From positions 160,001 to 224,000 of the forward strand of contig CAWBOC010000006.1 in assembly GCA_963790305.1 (NCBI GenBank): 64,000 nt of DNA. The letters are read 5' to 3'. The notes beneath the pieces are model-generated. The model was not told the DNA's origin, searched no databases, and saw only the letters and a list, made by a program, of their open reading frames with translations. Both the position numbers and the translations under genes were made by a program. Below, piece after piece: positions 10,517 through 21,096 of this stretch (position 1 is its first letter; each line of letters starts with the position of its first letter). This DNA comes from an uncultured Gemmatimonadaceae bacterium (GTDB lineage: Bacteria > Gemmatimonadota > Gemmatimonadetes > Gemmatimonadales > Gemmatimonadaceae).

Positions 10517-12409
10517 ATGAGCGCCCACGAGCAGATCGCACGTAAAATCGCCCACCTCCCCGAATCGCCCGGCGTCTATCTCTGGAAAGACGGCGAGGGG
10601 GCCGTGTTGTACGTGGGCAAGGCGAAACGCCTGCGCTCGCGCGTGCGCTCGTACCTCGGCGCCGATGCCGGTGACAGTCTCAAGACCGCGGCGCTCGTCA
10701 GGCAGCTTGCCGACGTCGACACGATTGTCGTGCCGAGCGAAGCGCATGCGTTGATTCTCGAGGCAAACCTGATCAAGGAGTACAAGCCCCGGTTCAACAT
10801 CACGCTGCGGGACGACAAGTCGTATCCATATATCAAGGTGACGGTGCCGGAGCCGTTTCCACGCGTGTTCGTCACGCGCCGCGTCGTCAATGACGGCGCC
10901 CGCTACTTCGGCCCATACACCGATGTCGGCGCAATGCGTCGCGCGCTCAACGTCGTCAAGCGCATCTTTACCGTTCGATCGTGCAACTACGATATGCCGG
11001 CAGAGATGCCCGAGCGGCCCTGTCTCGACTACTTCATCAAGCGATGCAAGGCGCCGTGCGTCCACCTGCAGACCCAGGAGGACTATGCGAGCATGATCGA
11101 TGAAGTGGTCCTGTTCCTCGAAGGCCGCTCCGATGAAGTCACGCGACGGGTCCGCGAGCGCATGGACGATGCGTCGGCCCGGCTGGACTTCGAGCGTGCG
11201 GCGGAGCTTCGAGACGTGCTCGTGCACCTCGAGAACATGGAGGAGCCGAAGATCGTCCTGCGCGTCGACGGTGGCGATCGAGACGTCCTCGGCTTCGCGC
11301 GCGACGGAGAGGACGCCTGCGTGGCAATTCTGCGCATTCGCGACGGCAAGCTGCTCGCCCGCGATCACACCTTCGTGGAGCGGATCGAGGGCGAACCTGA
11401 TGCGGCGGTGATGACGGCGTATCTCGCCGGCAGCTACCTCTCCTCGCGCGAGCGGGCGCCTGAGCTTCTGCTGCCGTTCGACGTCGAGGATCGTGAGCTG
11501 CTCGAGGAATCGCTCACCGGAACCACCATTCACATTCCGCAGCGCGGGCCGCGGCGCGAGCTCGTTGGGTTGGCGGAGCAGAACGCGCGTCATCTTCTCG
11601 AGGAGCTCAAGCTTACTGCGCTCGAAACGGAGGAGCGGGCGTCGAGCCCCGTGTACGACCTCGGGCGTGAGCTTGGCCTCGAGCGACTGCCACGGTCGCT
11701 GGTGTGCTTCGACATATCCACCGCCCAGGGGACAGATACCGTCGGTTCAATGGTGTGGTTCGATAATGGCCGTCCGCGGCGCGCCGAGTATCGCAAGTTC
11801 CGCGTGAAGACCGTGGAAGGGACGGACGACTTCGCGTCGATACGGGAGGTCGTGACGCGCTACTTCCAGCGTCGGCTCGAGGAGAAAAAGAGCCTACCCG
11901 ATCTGGTGGTGATCGACGGGGGGAAGGGACAGCTCGCCGCGGCGCGGGTCGCACTCGACACGCTCAGCCTCACCGCACTGCCGACCATCAGTCTCGCCAA
12001 GCGCGACGAGGAGGTGTTTCTCGTCGGAAAGAGCGAGCCGCTTCGCCTGGCACGAAGGTCCCCCGCGCTGCGGCTCCTGCAACAGGCGCGCGACGAGGCA
12101 CACCGCTTCGCCGTGACCTACAACCGGAAGCGCCGCGCCATGCGCACGGTCACCTCCGAGCTGCTCCGCATTCCTGGCGTCGGTCCTTCCAAGCGGAGCG
12201 CGTTGTTGCGTGCCTTCGGGAGCGTGCAGGGCGTGCGCGATGCCAGCATCGAGCAGATCGCCGGATTACCGGGGTTCTCTCCCAAGGCGGCGCAGAAGAT
12301 TCTCGAAGCGCTCCAGGGCGCGTCGCCGTTCGCCGATGGGCCCGAGGAACCGGGAGCGCCGCCCACTCCCGCGGAGGGGGCCGTCAACAGCTCAGATCCG
12401 GCCGCGTGA
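10517..12409 (+). CDS. uvrC: Excinuclease ABC subunit C
   Basis: GIY-YIG (PGVYLW...YVGKAKRLR), LRDDKSYPYI, FDIS, IDGGKGQ, RDEAHRFA and C-terminal HhH. Alternative GTG start at 10490. Confidence 0.96.
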   Translation: MSAHEQIARKIAHLPESPGVYLWKDGEGAVLYVGKAKRLRSRVRSYLGADAGDSLKTAALVRQLADVDTIVVPSEAHALILEANLIKEYKPRFNITLRDDKSYPYIKVTVPEPFPRVFVTRRVVNDGARYFGPYTDVGAMRRALNVVKRIFTVRSCNYDMPAEMPERPCLDYFIKRCKAPCVHLQTQEDYASMIDEVVLFLEGRSDEVTRRVRERMDDASARLDFERAAELRDVLVHLENMEEPKIVLRVDGGDRDVLGFARDGEDACVAILRIRDGKLLARDHTFVERIEGEPDAAVMTAYLAGSYLSSRERAPELLLPFDVEDRELLEESLTGTTIHIPQRGPRRELVGLAEQNARHLLEELKLTALETEERASSPVYDLGRELGLERLPRSLVCFDISTAQGTDTVGSMVWFDNGRPRRAEYRKFRVKTVEGTDDFASIREVVTRYFQRRLEEKKSLPDLVVIDGGKGQLAAARVALDTLSLTALPTISLAKRDEEVFLVGKSEPLRLARRSPALRLLQQARDEAHRFAVTYNRKRRAMRTVTSELLRIPGVGPSKRSALLRAFGSVQGVRDASIEQIAGLPGFSPKAAQKILEALQGASPFADGPEEPGAPPTPAEGAVNSSDPAA

Positions 12410-13552
12410 CGCACTGGTCACTCGAATGCTCCTCGTGCGCGGCGACGGCGCCAGGGGATACGATCGCGCAGCTCTGTCCGCAGTGCGCGCAGCCCTACCT
12501 CGTCCGATACGCGCATCTGCCCGACGGTCCTGAGACGCTTCTCAACCGATGGGACATGTGGCGCTATGCGGCGTGGATGCCGCTGGCGCCTGACGAGTCG
12601 CCGATCACCCTGGGTGAGGGAGCGACGCCGCTCATTCCGGTCGACACGATGGCACGCGCGCTGGGAGTGCGCACGTTCTGGATCAAGGAGGAAGGACTCA
12701 ATCCTACCGGGTCGTTCAAAGCGCGCGGCATGAGCGCGGCCGTCACCCGTGCCAAGGCGCTGGCTGTTCCAGGCGTCGTGGTACCAACCGCGGGGAACGC
12801 GGGTGCCGCGCTCGCGGCCTATGGTGCGGCAGCCGGGCTCCCGGTGCGCGTGTACGCGCCCGCCGAAACACCGGTGCCGATTCTCAACACCATTCGGGCA
12901 TTTGGTGCCGAGCTGATCACGGTGAGCGGGCACATAGGGGACGCGGGGAAGGCCGCGCGCGAATTCGCCGCGCAACACGGATGGTTCGACGCCTCGACCC
13001 TCCGTGAGCCGTACCGCATCGAGGGGAAGAAAACCATGGGCCTCGAGATAGTCGAGCAGCTGGGCTGGCGATTTCCCGAATGCGATCATCTATCCCACGG
13101 GCGGCGGCACCGGCCTCATCGGTATGTGGAAGGCTTTCCAGGAGCTCGTGTCCGCCGGCTGGATCGAGGAGGGCTTGCGACTGCCGCGAATGATTTCCGC
13201 GCAGGCGGCCGGGTGCGCTCCGATCGTGCGCGCTTTCCATGCGGGGACCGAGCGCGCGGCGCCGTGGCCAGACCCGCAAACGCACGCCAGCGGACTGCGC
13301 GTTCCGGCCCCACTGGGAGACCGCCTCATCCTGACCGCGTTGCGCGACAGCGGCGGGGACGCCGAGGCCGCGGAGGAAGACGAGATCCGCGCGGCGACGC
13401 TGGAGATCACGCAGCGCACGGGCATCGACGCGAGCCCTGAAGGGGGCTGCGCCTTGGCGGTATGCCGCAGGTTGCTTGAGGCCGGTCGACTCAACACGGA
13501 TGCGGAAATCGTCCTGTTCAACACGGGGGCTGGCGCGTCGTATCGAACCTGA
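12406..13552 (+). CDS. thrC: Threonine synthase-like PLP enzyme with N-terminal Zn ribbon; 1 apparent frameshift near 13080
   Basis: CxxC...CxxC, TLGEGATPL, NPTGSFKARG, EPYRIEGKKTMG, YPTGGGTG, LFNTGAG. Confidence 0.8.
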
Positions 13553-13585
13553 CGTGACGCGTGCCGGCGAGTATCTTTCGGCGCC

Positions 13586-14794
13586 ATGACGATCGCCATC
13601 CTGGAGCCGTTCAGCGGCATTGCCGGCGACATGACGCTGGGCGCGCTCGTCGACGTCGGGCTCGATCAAGCCTGGCTCCGCTCACTCCCTGGCCGCCTCG
13701 GCCTCGAGGGCGTGGGAGTGCGCATCGCGCGCGTGCGCCGGGCGGGGATCGACTGCGCGAAGGTGGAGTTCGACATTCCGCCGCAACCGCACGGGCGACA
13801 CCTTCACCAGATCCGCGACATCGTGCAGCGCAGCGACGCTCCGGATGACGTGAAGCGTACCGCGGACGAGGCTTTCACGGCCATCGCGACGGTGGAGGCG
13901 AGCATTCATGGCGTTCCCGTGGAGCGCGTCCACCTGCACGAGGTGGGGGCGGTCGACGCCATTCTCAATGTCGTCGGGTCGATCTGGGGCTTCCGCCTCC
14001 TCGGCGTCAGCGAGATCTTCTGCACCGCGATCTCGACGGGAGATGGAACGGTGAAGGCTGCGCACGGCACCCTCCCGGTGCCCGCGCCCGCGACACTGCG
14101 ACTGCTCGAAGGGCTTCGCATTCGTAGTGGACCGGACGGCTCGGGCGAGCTGGTGACCCCGACGGGCGCCGCACTGGTGAGGGTGCTTTCGCGTGGGGAG
14201 CCACCGCCATCCTACGTCGTTCTTCGCAGCGGGTACGGTGCGGGCACCAAGGACTTTCCCGATCGGCCGAATGCCTTGCGAGTAATCCTGGCGGATGTCG
14301 CGTCGGCGACGGGCGATCGCGTGGAGGAGCTCGTCCTGCTCGCCGCGGATGTCGACGATATGGAGCCAGAGTACCTTGCCGGTGCGGCCGAGACATTGCG
14401 GACGGCTGGTGCGCTCGATGTCGTCCTGTTTCCGTCCGTGATGAAGAAGGGCCGCCCCGGTGCGCGGATCGAGGTCCTTGCACGCCTGGGCGAGGCGGAT
14501 GCACTGGAGCGCGCGCTGTTTGCGGAGACGACGACGATTGGAGTACGACGCGCACGCGTCCAGCGCCACGCTCTGTCACGCGAAACGCGCTCGGTGGATG
14601 TGCGAGGGCACACGGTTCGGATGAAGATTGTCGCCATGCCCGACGGCGCGCGTCGCGTAAAGCCAGAATACGACGACGTCGCGCGGCTGGCTGAGGTGAC
14701 CGGGATCACCTTGCGCGAAGCGGTAATCGCGGCGCGCGAGGCAGCGGAACGGGTAGCAGCGGATCGGGTATTCCACGGTGCGGGCGCCTCCTAG
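13586..14794 (+). CDS. larC: Nickel pincer cofactor biosynthesis protein LarC
   Basis: FSGIAGDMTLGAL, VHLHEVGAVDAI, AHGTLPVPAPAT, ELVTPTGAA, GYGAG, MKKGRPG, ETTTIGVR, KPEYDD. Confidence 0.92.
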   Translation: MTIAILEPFSGIAGDMTLGALVDVGLDQAWLRSLPGRLGLEGVGVRIARVRRAGIDCAKVEFDIPPQPHGRHLHQIRDIVQRSDAPDDVKRTADEAFTAIATVEASIHGVPVERVHLHEVGAVDAILNVVGSIWGFRLLGVSEIFCTAISTGDGTVKAAHGTLPVPAPATLRLLEGLRIRSGPDGSGELVTPTGAALVRVLSRGEPPPSYVVLRSGYGAGTKDFPDRPNALRVILADVASATGDRVEELVLLAADVDDMEPEYLAGAAETLRTAGALDVVLFPSVMKKGRPGARIEVLARLGEADALERALFAETTTIGVRRARVQRHALSRETRSVDVRGHTVRMKIVAMPDGARRVKPEYDDVARLAEVTGITLREAVIAAREAAERVAADRVFHGAGAS

Positions 14795-14831
14795 CGCCCG
14801 CGTTTGGCGTTCATCAATGAGGAGATCCGAG

Positions 14832-16353
14832 ATGATCGTGAGGCTCACAGCGGCATCCCTGGCCATGCTCGCCACGCTCGCGCTCGGGGGACAGGCGAGC
14901 GCTCAGGCGGCCGCAGCGGAGTGCAAGATCGACACAGACAAGCCGGGACAGCTCAAGACGGCGAAGAACGCCTTGGCACGTGCGATCGCGGGCATCGGCG
15001 ACCCCGCCAAGTCGGCGTCCGAGGCCATTAAGGAGCTGGACAAGAACGGCGCGAAGATTCGTGGCCAGAATGAAGTTGGCTATAACATGATTCTGGGCCA
15101 GACCTATGCCTGGTTCCTCGCTCGGCAAGGGCAGCCGGCCGTCGTCCGGCGTGCCGACATTGGCTACACGACGGAGCCCGAGGCAACCGTCGACCTGCTG
15201 ACCGCGGCCGACGCCGCATTCGACGCCGTGGAGCGCGCCGCGCCGGGATGTGCCGTCGAGCTGAACGACTACCGCCGTCCAGCCTGGGCGCCGCTCGTCA
15301 ATGCGGCGGCCGAGCTCATCAACAACGACCAGGTCGACAGCGCCGAGAAGCTGATCAAGCGCGCGGATGTGATTTACCAGGGCTCGCCTCACACCGCGTA
15401 CTTCTCCGCGATCATTGCCCAGAAGCGCAACGATCTCCCGGCGGCGATCGCCGCCAACAAGCGAACGCTGGACATGATCACCGCCGAGCAGGCGGCCAAG
15501 GACGAAGGCGCTGCGCAGATTCGCAATCAGGTGATGTACAACTACGCCGTGCTCCTGGCGACGCAGGCGGACATCCAGTCGGGCGACCAGCAGAAGGCGA
15601 CGGCGAAGGAAGCCGCGGCCGCCTACAAGACATTCATCGAAGCCTATCCGAGCGACGAGCAGAAGACGAGCGCGCAGGCGGGGATGGGGCGGATGCTCGC
15701 CGTGCTCGGGGATACCGCCGCGGTTGCCAGCGTTTTCGCGGAGATGGTCACCGACCCATCGAAGTACACGGACTCGCAGCTCCTCGAGGGTGGCACGAAC
15801 GCCTTCAACTCGCGCCGGTACGATGACGCGGCCAAGCTCTTCGACGCGGTGTTGCAGCGTAACCCGTACTACCGCGACGCGCTGTTCAACCTCGCGAACA
15901 CGTACTGGTCCAAGAACGACTGGACCAAGATGATGCCCGTGGCGCAACGCCTGGCGCAGGTGGATCCGCACAATGAGGATGCCTGGCAGCTGCTGGCGAT
16001 CGCGTACAAGGGCCGCGGCGACGTCGCGAAGGCGGCGAAGAATCTGGCGCTCGAGCGGGCAATGTACGACACGGCAGTGAAGCACGTCGAGCGCAAGAAC
16101 GCACTCACCTCTCACGTGGCGTTCTCTCAGTTCTCCCACGACGGGCCCAAGCACACGCTTCGCGGAACAGTAGAGAACACCTCGGCCAAGCCGGCAACGC
16201 TATACCGTTCGATTCGAGTTCCTGGACAAGGAAGGGAAGGCCGTCGCGGCCAAGGAGGTCACCGTCGGGCCGGTGGAGGCAAAGAGTAAGGCGCCCTTCG
16301 TGGTCGAAGTGAGTCAGGCGGGGATCGTGGCGTTCAGATACGCGCCATTTTGA
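14832..16353 (+). CDS. Secreted TPR-repeat protein with C-terminal FxLYD-like beta domain; frameshift near 16200
   Basis: GAGGAG RBS, signal peptide ending ASAQA, TPR-like helices. An alternative frame continues VRFEFLDKEGK...AFRYAPF to TGA 16353. Confidence 0.75.
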
Positions 16354-16498
16354 CGTGAGATGCGGTGGGCTAACAGCGCTCCGCCGATTGCTTTCGGTTC
16401 TGTGATCTCCTAAGTTCCTTTACCTGTTTGTCCCGTTCGTTGTGCCGGGGAAGGCCACGCTCGCGCCGGCCTTCCCCGGTTGTGCTCTTAGGAGATCA

Positions 16499-17812
16499 AT
16501 GGTTCGCGTCAGTCGCATTCACCCAGGAAGTATCGCCGACGAGATCGGGCTGCAGCCTGGTACCGAGCTGCTCACGATCAACGGCCGGGATCTCAACGAC
16601 TTCCTCGACTGGGAATTCCTCGGCGCCGACGAGGAATTGGTGATCGACGCTCGGCTCCCAAACGGGGAACCCGTCATCTACGAGATCGAGCGAGCAGAAG
16701 GGGCGCCCATGGGGGTCGAGCTCGAGCCCCCCAGCGTCCGCCGGTGCGCGAACCGCTGCGAGTTCTGCTTCGTCGAGGGATTGCCGGCAGGGCTCCGGCG
16801 GAATCTCTACATTCGAGACGACGACTACCGACTGTCGTTCGCCTACGGAAACTTCGCGACGCTCTCGAATCTGCGCGAGCGCGATGTCGCGCGCATTCTC
16901 GAGTATCGGTTGTCCCCTCTGTACGTGTCGGTCCATGCAACGAACTGGGACGCAAGGCGGACGCTGCTCAATAATCCGCGTGTACCCGATGTGCTCGCCC
17001 AGCTTCGCACGCTCGCGGCGGGTGGGATCCAATTTCATGCTCAGATGGTCGTCGTGCCTGGCCTCAACGACGGCGACGTCCTCGAGGAATCGTTGCGCGA
17101 TCTCTGGAGCTTCGGTGAGGCGTGTCTTTCCGCGGCAATCGTTCCCGTAGGGCTCACACAGTTTTCGCACTTGTACACGGGTCGCACGATGGATCAGGCG
17201 ACCGCGGCGGTCCTCGTGGACACCGCCGAGCGGTGGGGTGCGCGAGCGTTGCGAGAGCGAGGCGCTGCCTGGGTATTCGGATCGGATGAGCTGTACATCC
17301 TCGCCCAACGGCCGCTACCGGCCCCAACGCACTACGGCGAATTCGCCCAGATCGAGAATGGCGTTGGCGCGGTAACCAGGCTGCTGCAGACGGTGCGCGA
17401 AGGTGCTGAAACGCTCCCTCGGCTCGAGGGGAGGCGCATCGGCGTCGTCACGGGGACATCCCTCGGGACCACCTACATGCCGGAGATCCTCGCGCAGCTT
17501 CGCGCGGCGACTGGAGCCCACTTCGAGCTCATCATCGTCGAGAACTCGCTCTTCGGACCCACGACCACCGTCGCCGGGCTGTTGCCCGGGGCGGACATTC
17601 GCCGCACGCTCGCCGGACGCGCTGACCTGGACCTCGCGCTGATTCCCGCCGAATCCATCAACGAGGACGGATTCTTTCTCGACGACGCGCCGTTGGCGGG
17701 CGTGCGCGCGGACGTTCCAGTCCCACTCTACCCGTCGTACGACTTCCTCGATGTCTTGTCGGACGTGGGGGACCTGGTGCGAGCAGCTCCCTCGACGGTG
17801 GATGCGGAATGA
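16499..17812 (+). CDS. DUF512 PDZ/radical-SAM-like Fe-S protein
   Basis: N-terminal PDZ-like GSIADEIGL, CANRCEFC (CxxxCxxC), DDDYRLSF, LSPLYVSVH, QIENGVG, VAGLL. Confidence 0.88.
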   Translation: MVRVSRIHPGSIADEIGLQPGTELLTINGRDLNDFLDWEFLGADEELVIDARLPNGEPVIYEIERAEGAPMGVELEPPSVRRCANRCEFCFVEGLPAGLRRNLYIRDDDYRLSFAYGNFATLSNLRERDVARILEYRLSPLYVSVHATNWDARRTLLNNPRVPDVLAQLRTLAAGGIQFHAQMVVVPGLNDGDVLEESLRDLWSFGEACLSAAIVPVGLTQFSHLYTGRTMDQATAAVLVDTAERWGARALRERGAAWVFGSDELYILAQRPLPAPTHYGEFAQIENGVGAVTRLLQTVREGAETLPRLEGRRIGVVTGTSLGTTYMPEILAQLRAATGAHFELIIVENSLFGPTTTVAGLLPGADIRRTLAGRADLDLALIPAESINEDGFFLDDAPLAGVRADVPVPLYPSYDFLDVLSDVGDLVRAAPSTVDAE

Positions 17813-19116
17813 ACATCCCGGTCGTGGTTGTCGTCGGTCGGCCTAACGTCGGCAAGTCCGCTCTTTTCAACCGGCTGGTAGGCGAGAATACCGCCATCGT
17901 CAGCGACGAAGCGGGCACGACGCGCGACCGCCACTTTGGACGCGCGGAGTGGAACGGCCGGAGCTTCTGGCTCGTTGACACGGGCGGTCTCACCGATGAT
18001 CCGTCCGTCGCCATGGACGTGGAGATTCGCCGGCAGGTGCTGCAGGGCGTCGCGGAGGCCGACCTCGCGATGCTTGTCGTGGACGCCAAGACTGGGCTAC
18101 ACCCCCACGACGCGCGTGTGGTGGAAATCCTTCGTGATGCGCGAAAGCCCTGGATGCTCGTTGCCAACAAGGTCGATGATCCCAGATCAACCGACTTCTA
18201 CGAGTTCTATTCTCTCGGCGCGGGCGATCCAATCCCCGTATCCGCAGTGAATGGCAAGGGATCCGGCGACCTTCTCGACAGTCTCGTCGAGAAGTTTCCA
18301 CCAGCGATCGCCGAGGAGACGGACGCGCTCCGCATCGCGGTCATCGGACGGCCGAATGTCGGCAAGTCATCGTTCGTCAACCGGCTGCTCGGCGAGGAGC
18401 GCCTCGTTGTTTCCGAGATCGCCGGCACCACACGTGATGCGATTGACAGCCCGATGATGTATCATGGCCGCGAGCTCATTTTCATTGATACCGCGGGGTT
18501 GCGTCGTCAGGCAAAGATCGACGACGGAATCGAGTTCTATTCTTCGCTGCGGACGCGTCGGGCCATCGAGCGCGCGGACATCTGCGTCCTGCTGATCGAT
18601 GCTGTCGAAGGGCTGCACAACCAGGATCTCAAGATCGCGACGCTCGCCTGGGAGGCTGGGCGCGGCCTCGTGATCGTCGTCAACAAGTGGGATCTCAAGG
18701 AGAAGGAAGACAAGACGTCCGCGAAGTTCCAGAAGGACGCGGTGGAGAAGGCGCCGTATCTCCGTTTCGTGCCATTTCTCTTCACGTCGGCGAAGACGGG
18801 TCAACGCGTGCAGAAAGTGCTCGACCTCATCATGCAGGTCGAGCAGGAACGGAAGAAGCGCATCTCGACGTCCGAGGTGAACGAGCGGCTGGGGGAGTTG
18901 ATCGCGAGACGCCAGCCGCCTCAGGCCGCGGGCAGGGAGGTGAAGCTGCTGTATGCAACACAGGTCGAGGTGGGGCCGCCGACCTTCGCCGTGTTCGGGA
19001 ATCACCCCGAGCTCGTCGAAGAGCATTACGTGCGCTACCTGCATAACGGCTTCCGGGAGGCGTGGGGCTTTACCGGCACGCCGCTGCGCATTCTCCTCCG
19101 CAGAAAGGCGGCATGA
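17809..19116 (+). CDS. der: Ribosome biogenesis GTPase Der (EngA)
   Basis: Two GRPNVGKS P-loops, DTGG/DTAG, NKVD/NKWD and a KH-like C-terminus. Confidence 0.97.
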   Translation: MNIPVVVVVGRPNVGKSALFNRLVGENTAIVSDEAGTTRDRHFGRAEWNGRSFWLVDTGGLTDDPSVAMDVEIRRQVLQGVAEADLAMLVVDAKTGLHPHDARVVEILRDARKPWMLVANKVDDPRSTDFYEFYSLGAGDPIPVSAVNGKGSGDLLDSLVEKFPPAIAEETDALRIAVIGRPNVGKSSFVNRLLGEERLVVSEIAGTTRDAIDSPMMYHGRELIFIDTAGLRRQAKIDDGIEFYSSLRTRRAIERADICVLLIDAVEGLHNQDLKIATLAWEAGRGLVIVVNKWDLKEKEDKTSAKFQKDAVEKAPYLRFVPFLFTSAKTGQRVQKVLDLIMQVEQERKKRISTSEVNERLGELIARRQPPQAAGREVKLLYATQVEVGPPTFAVFGNHPELVEEHYVRYLHNGFREAWGFTGTPLRILLRRKAA

Positions 19117-19727
19117 TTCACCCCGCCATTCTTGTCGCGCTCTCCTACCTCATTGGGTCGATTCCCGCCGCGTACATCGCGGGGAAGCTCACGCGGGGAA
19201 TCGATCTTCGCGAACACGGCTCGGGCAACCTCGGCGCCACGAACGTGTATCGCGTCCTGGGCCCCAGGATCGCGCTGGTGGTGCTCCTTTTTGACGCGTT
19301 GAAGGGTGCCGTCCCCGTTCTGGTTTTCCCCGGAATGACGGACGCCGCGCGCCCTGACCTGTGGGCCATCGCGTACGCCCTTGCCGCGATCGCTGGACAC
19401 GTCCGATCCATTTTTCTCCTGCTGCGTGGAGGAGGGAAGGGGGTCGCGACCGCCGCCGGGGCATTCATGTCACTCGCGCCGCTGCCGTCGCTCATTGCGC
19501 TGGCAATGTTCGTGATTGTCCTGTTCGCGTGGGGTTACGTGTCACTCGGGTCGCTGACGGCGGCGGTGGTGCTGCCCATCATCATCGGGCTGCGCGAGGG
19601 AGTGCGATCGCCCCTATTCGCGGTGAGCGCGGTTGTCGCTGCGTTCGTGTTCTGGACGCACCGCGGAAACATCGCCCGCCTGCGTCGTGGTGAGGAGCCA
19701 CGATTCGGCAAGAAGAGTCCCGGGTGA
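19113..19727 (+). CDS. plsY: Glycerol-3-phosphate acyltransferase
   Basis: YLIGSIP, DLREHGSGNLGATNVYR, GGKGVAT, HRGNIARL. Confidence 0.95.
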   Translation: MIHPAILVALSYLIGSIPAAYIAGKLTRGIDLREHGSGNLGATNVYRVLGPRIALVVLLFDALKGAVPVLVFPGMTDAARPDLWAIAYALAAIAGHVRSIFLLLRGGGKGVATAAGAFMSLAPLPSLIALAMFVIVLFAWGYVSLGSLTAAVVLPIIIGLREGVRSPLFAVSAVVAAFVFWTHRGNIARLRRGEEPRFGKKSPG

Positions 19728-20719
19728 CACGGGCGGCGGTGGTCGGCGCCGGCGCATGGGGAACCGCGCTCGCGGATCTCCTGGCGAGGAACGGCGAGCA
19801 TGTCACGCTGTGGGCGTACGAGGCGGACGTCGTCGAGTCCATTAACGCTCGGCACGAGAATTCGCGATTCCTCGCCAAAGCGAAGCTGCATGAAACACTG
19901 CACGCCACGAGCGACCTCGACGATGCGATCGAAGGCGCGGCTCTGGTCTTGTTCGTGACCCCTTCGCACGTGCTGCGCGGCATTGCTCGCCGCGCCGCCG
20001 GGAATGCGGGTGAGCGCGCCACGCTCGTCGTGGCCAGCAAAGGCATCGAACGCGAGACCCTCGCCCTCATGACCGATGTCGTTTCGGAAGAAATGCCGGG
20101 TCATGACGTCGTGGGGCTGTCCGGGCCGAGCTTCGCCAGAGAAGTTGTGGAGCGCCAGCCGACCGCTGTCGTCGCCGCCTCGCGCGACGCCGACGCGTCC
20201 GGGCGCGTTCAACAAGCCCTGAGCTCGGATGCGTTTCGTGTCTACACGCATCACGACGTGGTCGGTGTGGAGCTCGGTGGATCGCTCAAGAACGTGATGG
20301 CGATCGCTACGGGGATGGCAGAGGGTCTCGGACTTGGCTACAATCCGCGAGCGGCGCTCATCACGCGTGGACTGGCCGAGATGACCCGGCTCGGCGTCGC
20401 GCTGGGGGCTGATCCGTCGACGTTCGCTGGTCTCGCGGGCATGGGCGATCTCGTGCTCACGTGCACCGGCGCGTTGAGCCGCAACCGGCAGCTCGGCTTG
20501 GACATTGGTCAAGGCAAACGCCTCGACGAATCCCTCGCGGCGCGCGAGACGGTCGCCGAGGGCGTGTACACCACTCAGAGCGCGCATGCGCTCGCGTCGC
20601 GGGAGAAGATCGAAATGCCCATTGTCGCCGCGGTGTATCGCATCCTCTTCGAAGGCACCGATCCTCGCCGAGCGATCGGAGAGCTGATGACGCGCGAGCT
20701 GCGCGCGGAGCCGGACTGA
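19724..20719 (+). CDS. gpsA: NAD(P)H-dependent glycerol-3-phosphate dehydrogenase
   Basis: GAGAWGTALA, SKGIE, LSGPSFA, GGSLKNVMAI, GLAGMGDLVLTC, SRN. Confidence 0.96.
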   Translation: MTRAAVVGAGAWGTALADLLARNGEHVTLWAYEADVVESINARHENSRFLAKAKLHETLHATSDLDDAIEGAALVLFVTPSHVLRGIARRAAGNAGERATLVVASKGIERETLALMTDVVSEEMPGHDVVGLSGPSFAREVVERQPTAVVAASRDADASGRVQQALSSDAFRVYTHHDVVGVELGGSLKNVMAIATGMAEGLGLGYNPRAALITRGLAEMTRLGVALGADPSTFAGLAGMGDLVLTCTGALSRNRQLGLDIGQGKRLDESLAARETVAEGVYTTQSAHALASREKIEMPIVAAVYRILFEGTDPRRAIGELMTRELRAEPD

Positions 20720-21096
20720 TGGCGCCGCGAGTCACCGCGCCCGAGCCCGTGCAGGAGTTCTATTCGATCGGAGAAGTGTGCGAGCTCACCGATCTGAAGC
20801 CGCACGTCCTGCGCTATTGGGAAAGCCAGTTCAAGTTTCTGAGTCCGGCGAAAAACCGTTCCGGAAATCGTGTCTACCAGCGTCGAGAAGTGGAGCTCAT
20901 TCAGCTGGTGAAGCACCTGCTCTACACCGAGAAGTACACGATCGAGGGCGCGCGGCAGAAGGTCGATGAGCACCGTCGCAAAGGGGAGATTCGCGGCGTC
21001 GCCCGCGCCGCCCTCGAGCTGCAAACGATCGCGGCCGTCGAGCGCGAGCTGCGCGAGATCCTCGACGTTCTCGAAGGCGGCGAGCGCGGCACGTGA
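20719..21096 (+). CDS. MerR-family transcriptional regulator
   Basis: YSIGEVCELTDLKPHVLRYWESQF...RVY...LLYTEKYTIEGAR. Confidence 0.9.
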   Translation: MAPRVTAPEPVQEFYSIGEVCELTDLKPHVLRYWESQFKFLSPAKNRSGNRVYQRREVELIQLVKHLLYTEKYTIEGARQKVDEHRRKGEIRGVARAALELQTIAAVERELREILDVLEGGERGT

